From Octopus sinensis (taxonomy: Eukaryota), in NCBI RefSeq assembly GCF_006345805.1, contig NC_043002.1:78430001-78494000 (forward strand): a stretch of DNA of 64,000 bases. The letters are read 5' to 3'. Within the stretch, counting starts at the first letter, position 1, and each line of letters begins with the position of its first letter. The notes below the pieces were generated by a model. It worked only from the letters and a program-made list of their open reading frames with translations. It did not search any database and was not told the DNA's origin. This document shows, in pieces, positions 13,201 through 25,200 of this stretch. Both the position numbers and the translations under genes were made by a program.

Positions 13201-16200
13201 GATGATAGAAAAAGTGCAACACTATCAGGTACAATATAACATTGTTTTAATGGAAACATTAGTTGTAAATGATCCCTAGGCATCATACAATACCATCAAT
13301 CAAATTGGTTTTCCACCTTTCAATCGTACCCTGCATTTTCTTGATCCACATGTTCATGCAGCTACAAACCATGGTAAATTGCAATGCAATTGTACAAGAA
13401 AAAAATAAGACATTGGTACTCATGGCACATAATTACTTTTTTATTTAATCAAGATTATGTGGCATATGCCTTTCCTAATGATGGATTTGAATGATTAAAG
13501 GTATATGTTCGTTTGTATTTTTAAAACAGTATAAAACTTGCACTTTCTTCTCATGGAGATGCTCACATGACCTGCTGACAACATATGAATACATTCTTGC
13601 AGCCCTGGAGGTGAAGAAGCACCCATTGTTTTTGCTTCTGGTCAACACACTTTTATTTATTTACACAACAATGAATTGGAAAAATTTAACAACAATTGAG
13701 AATTAAGTACCTAGTCAAAAGTTATGGAAAGTTAAGTGGGAGGCCATGTAAGTTAATTTGGTTGATGGAAACTGAAAGAAATCTATTGTATGTGTGTGTC
13801 TCTTTGACTTGACATTGTATGATAGTTGTAAATGAGTGTCACTGTCATAAAAGCAGTGTCATTCATTTCCAGTATTGAATACAAACGTCTGGAAATGCAG
13901 AAATATTGTGCTTGAAGACAAGTACATGTTGGTCACAGGAAGGGCATCCATCCTTAGAGAATCTGCGTCAATGAACTTCATTCAACCCATGCAAGCATGG
14001 AAAAGTGGATGTTAAGATGATGAGACCCTGGTCACAGGAAGGTCATCCAGCCACAGAAAATCTGCCTCAATGAACTTCATCCAACGCATGCAAGTATGGA
14101 AAAGTGGACATTAAAAAGATGATGAAACCCTATAATCTGCCTTGCTAAATATTGTCAGTCCAACTGAATCAAAGTACATGATCGTAGGCATTTCAGTCAT
14201 GACCACCATCATATATTTTCATAGATATGTAAGTCTTCCTTATTTGTGACAATGTAGAGGATCCTTCATTGGTCTAAAGATAAGTGAGTTGATCTCAGGT
14301 GTTCTACTAGTCTACTCCTGTGCCATAGGTCTACTTCAGGTTTGGTTTGTAGTGCCAAACAGTGATCAAAAAATTTTAAGGGGTAGGCCCAAGAAAACGG
14401 ACAAAGTGATGAGAAAGGATCTACAAATGTTGGGACTCACAGAGGGAATGACAGGGGACTAAGACTCTTGGTGGTTTGAAAAAATATATCAAGCTAAGTA
14501 AAAGTGTGGTTGCTCTTGCATACAGGCACATCCCTTGCAATCTTCTGCTGAGTATCCCTAATTTTGCAGGCTCGTAAGTGCTTGTGCCGCATAAATAGCA
14601 CCTGTGCCAGTACTGTGTAAAAGCACCCAGTACACTCTGTAAAGTGGTTGGTGTAAGGAAGGACATCCAGACATGGAGCCTGAGCAGCCCTTCAGCTGCT
14701 TAGCTCCTGTCAAACTGTCCAACCCATGCCAGCATGGAAAACAGACGTTAAATGATGATGATGACAACGAAACTAGTATTAGAATGGTTTTAAAATGTGT
14801 GCATAGTTTGTTAGAAACAGATATATGTACAGTGTATTGAAGACACTACAGCTTTACGGATTTTCTGATGTTCTACATATGTATTTATTTGTAGTTTTTA
14901 TATTTCACAAATGCCTTTTGTTTTTTTTTTTGTTTCTAGGATTTTATTGACATTATTTTGTCAAAGACACAGCGTAAGACCCCGACAGTTGTTCACAAAC
15001 ATTATAAGATTTCAAGGATCCGGCAGTTTTATATGCGCAAGGTGAAATTCACACAACAGAACATTCATGATAAGTTAACGCACATAATAAATGACTTTCC
15101 GAAGTTAGTTGTAAGTACTTCTTTTTCATTTTTACAATACACTGATGAATAGATTTTTTTTTTTCTGCTGAACTAATCAACTATATAGTTGTATTTTGAA
15201 AAGGTCATTATGCCAATAGTTCTGTTTAACTTCTTTTATTATTATTATTATTAGTGAACTAGTTAAGGCAGTAAGCTGGCAGAATTGTTAGCATGCTACA
15301 CACAATGCTTAGCTGCATTTCTTCTAGTTTTATGTTCCGAGATCAAATACTGCTGAAGCTGAGTTTGCCTTTCATCCTTTTGATATTGATAAAATAAATA
15401 CTAATTGAGCACTGGGGTCAATGACCCCACCACCAAATTTCAGGCATTGTGCCTATAGTATAAAGAATTATTAGTGAACTAGTTAACCAGTGGTCGATTG
15501 ACCAAACATTCAAACATACAATTAATTGGTTAAATGGTTTATTAGTTGATTAATGATAAAAAAATAGGACAAGTGCATATGTTTCCACCCCATTTTTTAT
15601 TTTGGCAATGATGCTTTTGGAACACCTACTTCCATTTCCTGTAACAAATGTCATCAACTACTTCTAAGGAGCCTTACAAGCATTTGAGGGAACTTGTCTC
15701 ATACTGTGTCTATTTACTACTCTTCTGCATCTGTCACATATGAAGTTTGCTTGTATTCCTTCTGTGCCTCTTGAGCATCCATATTTGACAATGAGCACAC
15801 TTTATGGAATATCTACTTACTCCTTTTTTGCTTATAAGCATAGTCACTTTCCTGATTGTAGTTGTAGTCTTTCCTGTTAGAACTTCAGCCTTTACTGGGT
15901 TTATTTGCAGTCTCTTAATTCTAAATTTCCTCTCTAAATCTTTGACCATTTAACTGGTAGAACTAGGTCATGGAGAAGTTCTGGTTATCTATGGATAACC
16001 AGTTTTAATAGTTTTGGTTGTATTCTGGAGGACTATAATAAGCTGAGAACTGTATATGACTTACATGACTCTCATTAACCATTCTGTCCTTAGTTTTCTT
16101 AGTGACCACAAGGCTACTAAATGTGTTTCCCTGTCAAAGGTCTTCTCCAAGTCAACAATACCTAGCTGCTAAAATAGTTTAGTCCTTGCTGAATACTTCT

Positions 16201-19200
16201 CCAGTAATTGGCTGATTAGGAAATTGGTATCTGTGCTGCTCTGTCCCAATTTTCTTCCTCATTACCTTGTAATATGATTCTTTTCAGTAACTTTCATAAG
16301 CTGGTCCATCAATTTGATGCCTCCAGCTGCTTTGCTCTTGTAATAGTTGATGATATTGATGTACCAGTTCATTTAGTATGACACCTTTCCCTCCTCCCTG
16401 ATTGACTATGCATGTGATTAGTGTGTGACTAAATATTTTAGGCTTCTGTGAAACTAGCCCTGATGTTACTGTTATTCATTATTGAGGAGTGTCTCATAAA
16501 AGTGATCCTTCTCTTCATCTGCCAGTACTGAATGTGGTGTATATGTTGAGATAATGTTACTGTTGTGTTGTCCATGAATCACCACCTAAGATAAATTATA
16601 AATTATTCTGTCATGTACTTTATTTACTTCAGTTACTCTATCCATTTCTCAGCCAACAGTATATGTACTCCATCACTATTCCCACTCAGAAGCATATGTA
16701 CCTTTGTTCCTTGTCTGTGAAGGTTCCTTCTAGATTCTTGAACAAAGCACACATCAACTTGTCTCAGCTCCAGAATCTTTACAGTCTCTCCTAATTTACT
16801 TTTCATAACGTTGCTGTTCATAATAACTGTAGTCAAAACAGTTTATTATACTCTACATGTGAAAAAGAAAATTGCCTGATGTGAAAACACAAAGAACTGT
16901 AACAATATTTATAATTACTAGTTTTACCATGTAATTCTCATATATGATACTTTGCATAGTTTTGTCATGTGGCTTCAGTTGTGTGTAACACACATAACCA
17001 CAATTACCATTGTATAGGCTTCCTTTAAAGTTAAAATAAATACATAGATATAAATTTTAATATTTGGTGTATCAAGTTAGGTTTAGACACAAAGTTTTAT
17101 ATTTTGGATTTTCAAACAGTGAAAAAAAGGGGCTTGCACACAGTGACAGCTTGTATTATTTCATGAAATAAAAAATTATATAAGGATTTTTTCTTTCTAC
17201 ACACACTTTATATTATTCTGTGTTATTAAATATATGCTCTCAGATTAAAATTCCTTTATGTAACTTATAGGATGTTCACCCATTTTATGCTGATCTGATG
17301 AACGTTCTCTATGACCGGGACCATTACAAACTTGCTCTGGGACAAATAAACACAGCTCGACATCTAGTTGACAAGTAAGTACTTTGTGTGTGTGTGTGTT
17401 TTTTTTTAAGCATTTTCTTTATATTTTTGCTATGTAATAGATACCATTTCACCTTGTGTCATTCGTCAAATTACTCTATTACCAGTTTTGCAGGTATGGC
17501 TGTGCAGATATGATCTTGAATGCCACTATGTGATACTTTGGGCAAATGTCTACTGTAGCCTTAAAACAATGCCTTGTGGGTGGAATTGGTAGACAGAAAC
17601 CATATGGAAACCTGTCTTGTGTGTGTGATGTCCTTCCTGTTACATAAAAGGAAGGACTTCAGACTATTTTACAATCTTCCTACTGCTAATTTTTACCTAT
17701 TTTTCAAGTAATTGATTTTTTTTATCCCAGTGTTCTTTGAAAATACAGAGCTATGCAAAGATTTGTTAGCTGGGAATGTCAACAATGTCACACTTTTACA
17801 TTTTTGTTTAATGCTTTTGTGCAAGGATGTAGAATGCAAATGTTCAAACAGGTACACATACGTACAGAGACAATATATGATAGTGAAGTTAATAAGTTTG
17901 TTTCACAACCCCGTGGTCTTTCAGTCCAAACTGAGTGGCATCTTGGGCAAGTGTCCTCTATTACACTGCCAACCTTGTGAGTGAATTTAGTTGATGGAAA
18001 CTTTACCCACCCCTCGTACTTTAATCTCCTCATCTCTACTCACCTCTGATTTTCTAGTCTTGTGAGCTATATTGTGACTCCAACATGTTGTTCATATGCT
18101 GGTGCCACAAAAAAAAAATGCTTTTTTTATGCTAGTGCAACTCAAAATGTATGCAGTACTCACTGTGAGCAGACATTAAACCTCAACACAGTCCTGCAGT
18201 TCATTAGATCCTGTCAAACCATCTAACCCATGCCAGCATGAAAAACAGACATCCAGCAATGATGATGAGGAGGAGTGGAGGAGGATGATATTGACTGTGG
18301 TTAAGAAATTCACTTTGCAAGCATGTGCTTTCAAATTCGATCCCACTGTGACACTTTGGGCAAGTATCTCCTACTATGGCCTCAGTTTGACCAATGCCAT
18401 GTCTGTGAAATTTAGTAAATGGAAACAGTACAGAACCCTATTGCAGATGTGTGTGTATATACATTACATACATATTTACATGTATATATGTATGAATGTG
18501 TATGTTTGTGCAGGTGTTCTGTTCGTCTGCATTGACCCAGTGACATTTATGTCCTGCATAAACAAATGTCACTCTTTTAACTTGCAAAGAGCAGTAGATT
18601 GTAGTATCTTACTTGAATACAAGTGGATAATTGGTGTCAGTTGGAGCATCTAGCCTTAAAATTCTGCCTCATGAACTCTTGTCCAACTCATGACAGCATA
18701 CATAAAAATGATGATAATGATGAAGATGCCTCATTGTATAACAGATTTCATTGAATTTATTTGCTCACAATATTATTTTCTAGAATGTAAGTTGCAGTTG
18801 TTTATTTAACTTACTTTAGTTTATGTGATTATATATATATATATATATGCATTAGCTGTGTGAAGGTGCATGGCTCAGTGGTTAGAGCATCGGTCTTACG
18901 ACCGTGAAGTTGAGTTTGAATCCCAAACCGGACTGCGTATTATGTTCTTGAGCAAGACACTTTATTTCACGTTGCTCCAGTTTTACTCAGCTGTAGAAAT
19001 GAGTTGCGACATCACTGATGCCAAGCTATATCAGCTTTTGCCTTTCCCTTGGATAGCATCAGTGGTGTGGAGAGGGGAGGCTGGTATGCATGGGCAACTG
19101 CTAGTCTTCCATAAACAACCTTGCCTTGACTTGTGCCTAGGAGGGTAACTTTCTAGGTACAATCCCATGGTCATTCGTGACCAAAGGGGATCTCAGAGCT

Positions 19201-22200
19201 GTGTGGTAAGTTCATTTTTCAATCACAGTCTTAGGTTCAGTCCCACTGTGCAGCACCTTCGGCAAGTATCTTCTACTAGAACCCTGGGCCAATCAATGCT
19301 CTATGAGCGAATTTGGTAGACAGAAACCCTGTGTGGAAGTCTGTTGTGTATGTGTTTATATGTGTGTGTTTTGTGTTGTGCTTTGTTCTCCTACTGCTTG
19401 ACTATTAGTGTTGGTTTGTTCACTTCCCTGCAACTTAGAAGTTTCACAAAGGAAACTGACAGAACAAGCACTTGAGTCAATCTGTTCAGCTAAACCCTTC
19501 AAGGTGGTGTTCCAATGACTGAAGCTAGTAATAGATAAAGATATATTTTTCACTATAGAAGACATCATTGAAATTGCGAAAAACATGTAACCTGTGTATT
19601 TGTTTATGCCCTGACTACATTGTAGTAAAGGGTAAAAATTTTGTTCTATCAATGGAAATTGTAAGAAATCAAATGAACTAAAATCTTAAGATAATGCGGT
19701 TATAATTTAGGATGTTAACATTTTTGTTGTCTGAAGCAACAGTTTACCTGTGCAATATTTCTATGTATGTATGTGTAGCTTTAGTTTATTTTAAGACTAA
19801 AATTGAGATGTTCCCATTGCAGTGTTTCAAAGGATTATGTTAGACTTCTGAAATATGCTGATTCACTTTATCGATGCAAACAATTGAAAAAAGCAGCTCT
19901 AGGAAGGTAAGCTTTTGCTATATTTAACTTGGTTAAATACAAATCTACTGTTTGGAATTAACATTGAACAGTAGTAATATAATTTAATTAACCCTTTCGT
20001 TACTATATTTCTGACCGAATTACACCCCTTATGTGTTTCAATTAATTTCTAACGTAATCATAAATTTAGTCTGGTTTCATTAAACAACTATAACTTTTTT
20101 ATTTGTCAATATATTAATCTGATTTTTGGAAGATAATTTAATGAAATATTCTCAACCAGTTCTATACTATAATTTTTGTCACAAAGTGACTCTAATTGCA
20201 GGTAGATACAGGTAAATTCAACAAAATATAAAATTATTAAAATTTTGTTCAAACATCGCTATAGAAAATGGGTTATTGGGTATACAACAAAATTTTACGA
20301 TAGAATTTGTTATTCTGGGTAACTTTCTGATACCCATAATAATATTTACGGCAAAATAGTCTTAATTTCATTTAAGGTTGTGGGAAACCACAAACTATCG
20401 TTTCTTTCGCTTTGTTTACGTTTAGCGTAACGGTTCGTTTTCGCCGTAATGATTTCAAATAGGCTCAATTGAAAAAGTAAATAGAAATAGTCTAAGGCTT
20501 TACTCTTCTGGGAAAGTCTGTGACTTGGTCCAGTTTCTTCAGAAAAATCACCAAAAGAAACAGTTTTTAAATTTTCACTCCATTCAGGTGCCAATTCGTT
20601 TTCTTTATCTGTTTTCACTTTCGGAAAATGAAACATCAGATTCATTATCAAATACCATGTGCTTTTTTTTTTTCAGTCATAGAGTTAGATTTATGAAGGT
20701 CTTCAGTAGAAAATCCTTCGAATTCTGACTCGCTGTTTGATATAATGAAATTCGTATCCATTTTTTGTCAGAATTACAAATTTTGAAAACACAATAGGAA
20801 CAAATTTCGGAAAAAAATCTCTCAAAATTCACGGAATTAAAATTACACTTCGATTATTGTACAAAACTGTAGTTGAACTGTTTACGAAGTATAATACGTG
20901 TTTTCACGAATGTACTAAAGAGATTTGCTCTGATATTCTCATTTAAATATGAATAGGTAAATATGGGCGGGTTTGGGCGGTTTGGTAACGAAAGGGTTAA
21001 AGAACATATTATACAATTGTATATTATATGCATTTCTAGAATGGTGACCATTTTGAAACGTCAGAAACAGAGCTTGGAATATCTAGAACAAGTTAGACAA
21101 CATTTATCTCGTTTGCCATCCATTGATCCTACTACCCGAACTCTTCTTGTCTGTGGATTCCCTAATGTTGGAAAATCAAGCTTTATTAATAAGGTTTGTA
21201 TAAATGTTTTTCCAAGTGTTTGTAGTTACTGAACCAACCAACTTCTCTCTCTGAGAACTGAAGACAGATTTAATCAACAGATCCTATTTGATTTCAAATG
21301 TTAAATGTTCTGTTACTACTTTCAAATATTTATTCTTTTTCCTTATTATGATTAACATGAAGACAGTGGATTAGCAGACTTGTTAAAATCCTGCTAGGTG
21401 GACTTTGCCTTTCATCCTTCAGTTCAAGTACTGGTGACTCGTCTCCAAATGTTTGTCCTTGTAATAATGTCAGAAACAATTATTATGATTAACCCTTTAG
21501 CATTCAGGTTTCTGTGTCAAATGTAATGCTTATTTATTCACATAGATTTGAATTAGTCATACATTACATTATAGCTTTTAGACTTCAGTGACGTAATTGT
21601 TTATTTTTAGAATAATAGTGTAGAGTAAGCCTGAGAGGTTGGATCTGGCAAGTTTGAAGATAAAACAAATAGATTATTTTGGCTGGATATGGCTGATTTA
21701 AACACCGAAGGGTTTACGATAAGATACAGTGACCAAATGTTAATATGTTGAACTAGTAAACAAAAGATATCAATTTTAACCTGTATTGACCCCTGGTTGC
21801 TTTTTCACAACACAAAACCTGCTCTTGTTTGTTTGAACATGAACTTGCCAGGAAACATCTGACTGAGCATACGAAATGTTTAGTAGGTAGTCGACATCCG
21901 TAGCTAACAGTTGCATACTGTCCTTTTCTTCTAGATTTTGAAAGCTTACCATAATGTTTAATCTAAATACAGTGAAATTTTAAGACTTCATCTTTTTATG
22001 GGCATATATGGGTTAAATGCTCTCGTTGACATAGGGTGTCCTTAAGAGGAGTACATTACTCTCTTTTATCCACTCTACCTAACTGATAAGAAATGCCACT
22101 TCTTCATGGCTGAGTTGTTGACATTTGAAAATATTGCTGTACTGGTGTATTTAAATATCTGAATGTGTTAATCAGTGTTTATTGTTTCTAATATCCACTT

Positions 22201-25200
22201 ATTATTCTTGTAATAATTTTAACTTCTAGATTACACGAGCCGACGTTGAAGTGCAGCCTTATGCTTTCACAACCAAATCGTTGTTTGTTGGACACACTGA
22301 CCATCGGTATCTACGTTGGCAGGTAAGATATCTATTTTGTGAAAAGTTTCGTTTCAAAATCTTATTTTCCGTTAATGTTTATTTCTTCTTTTTATTTTCA
22401 AAATATATATAAGTAACATATTTTCCGGCCAACATATAGTGTAAATTCAAACATCACAGTCTTTCCAAATCCAGTTGCTCTTCACATGGAATTTTTGGTC
22501 CTCCAAAATCGTCTCTGAGAGTTTACCTCACTTTTTCTGCTGTAAATTTTAGTTTGAAAAATTTGACTTTTATGCCAGAAAATATGGTATGTTTGATTTT
22601 ATATTTGTCATAAAGGAGTGATCTTAGTTATAACTTATTTATTAGTGACAGTTATGGTATATGTATAAGCAGATATTTTTGTCACTTAAAAGAATTATAA
22701 CTAGAGTGCATTGAAAATACTTGGTATTCAGTTGTGAGACAGGTTGAACAGAAGTGGGTTGAGAAAGCATCTTGCTTTAAAACTTCTGTGACTATATTTC
22801 CAAAGAAATACACTATCTGTTGTAATAATTCTGATAAGTATTTCTATAAGTTCAATACTAAAGTCTCACCCTGAAGCTTAAATCATACAACGTTCTTAAT
22901 TCCAGAATCTTGTTCAACAGCATAATCCAAGTTCCTACAATGAATTCAATCACAGCTTTGTTAAACAGTACTGTTTGTGTGATCATTGAGTTAAGTCACA
23001 TGACCTACAGCATCATTTTTGTTACGTATGAATCAACATTTCATCTGTACCCTATTTCTTAGGAATGTGGAGCACATCATCATTTAACATCCATTTTCCA
23101 TGATGGCATGGGTTGGATAGTCAGAGAGCCATGCCAAGCTGCACTATCTGCTTTAGCAAGGTTTCTGTAGCTAGATGCCTTTCCTAGTGCTGGGAGTATA
23201 TATAATAACTACTCTCTGAAACAATTTATATTCTAAACGCTATTTTTTCTGCCTTTCCAAATAGGTTGTTGATACTCCAGGTATATTGGATCATCCTTTA
23301 GAAAATAGAAACACTATTGAAATGCAGGCCATTACAGCATTGGCTCATTTAAAAGCTGCAGTACTGTATATTATGGATATCTCTGAACAATGTAACCAAA
23401 CAATTGATGAACAGGTAAGAGTTTGTTTGTAAATACACACAGTGGCTGTCTCTATTTTAGCTCTTATTTACAGTTGACGGATATTTATCCTCATCTTGTT
23501 TGTTGTTAACACAACGTTTCGGCTGATATACCATATGGTGTAGTGGTTAAGAGCACGGGCTGCTAACCCCAAGATTCCGAGTTGGATTCCAGGCAGTGAC
23601 CTGAATAATAATAACAACAACAACATTGAAAAATACCTTAGGAATGAGAACCCAGGTTTGGAATTTCCCCAAGACACCTGATGAAGGCTGGAGAGTATAT
23701 CAGCCAAAGCGTGTTAACAACAAGATGAGGACAAATGTCTGTCAATTGTAAATAATGTACATAATTCCTCATCTCTTAACCCTTTCATTACTGTATTTAT
23801 TTTGAGATGCCCTGTGTTTCTTTCAATCACTTTAAATATAACAAAGAATTTGGTAAAATAACTTAGTTATCATTCAGCTAGTATTGGGAGCATAAATTTT
23901 AATTCAAAACTTATGAAAACAAGACATTTGTACTCAGAGCCAGAGCTGGTTTCAACCGGGTTGGTAATGAAAGGGTTAAATATAGAATTCCTTTTTAGCT
24001 GTTACTATCACAACTGCTGTTTGTTTGAATTAACTGAGAATTGTAATGTGAATTAGCATTGGCTAAAAAACATGTAAACATTTTGAATACAATATGATAT
24101 AAAGGAATCCAAGAACAAATCTCCTCCACATCCAAACTAAACTTAACACATGCTGAATGGGTAAATGTGTTAACTATTATATTACTGCTTTGTTTTCTTC
24201 TTACTACCCTTTTTTTACTCTGCTATTGGGTGGTTGACATAAAATCCTTCATTTCATTGATTTATTAAAAAAGTATGGATTTACAGACTTGGCCAACACA
24301 AATTTAAGTATCTAAAATAATTGGGATTATTTAGGTTGTCTAATGCAGTGGTTCCCCACTTAGAGTAAATGAAAAGTATTTTGGTGCACTTTGTGTATAA
24401 AGTTAAAAATGAAAATATTATAAATGGTATTTATATATTTTATATAAATGTGAATGATTTAACTACAGAAATATATTAACCATTTCATTACCAAGCTTGC
24501 AATGAAATACACTGCCTATTAATATTTATAAATTATATTCATGCCGTGTGGAAGCACTCCGTCGGTTACGACGACGAGGGTTCCGGTTGATCCGATCAAC
24601 GGAACAGCCTGCTTGTGAAATTAACGTGTAAGTGGCTGAACACTCCACAGACACGTGTACCCTTAATGCAGTTCTCGGGGATATTCAGCGTGACACAGAG
24701 AGTGACAAGGCCGGCCCTTTGAAATACAGGTACAACAGAAACAGGAAGTAAGAGTGAGAGAAAGTTGTGGTGAAAGAGTACAGCAGGGATCACCACCATC
24801 CCTGCTGGAGCCTCGTGGAGCTTTAGGTGTTTTTGCTCAATATTCATGCCGTACCTATACACACACCAGTGCTTACAGGAGGTAGCCATATGTTTACTGA
24901 CCTAATCTCATTGGTTTTCTTTCAGTTTGCCAGCTGTTTACTTTTCCTTGTATGCTTAATTTATATATTATATATATTTTTGCTTTAAATTTTCAGATAA
25001 CTTTATTTGAAAGCATTAAACCTTTATTTGTGAATAAACCCATCTTAGTTTGCATCAACAAAATAGATGTTCTGAAATTTGAAGACCTCCCAGAAACTAC
25101 ACAGGTAATTTGTTTCAACACACATAATCTCTCTTTCTCTCACATTAAATATAATAATGTAGTATGAATTATTTTAGGATACTTCATATGATATATTTTA

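Noticed and set aside
18862-18935. tRNA genes at 18862 and 23534
   Set aside because: No complete acceptor stem, imperfect B box, and they run into repeat bodies; these are SINE heads
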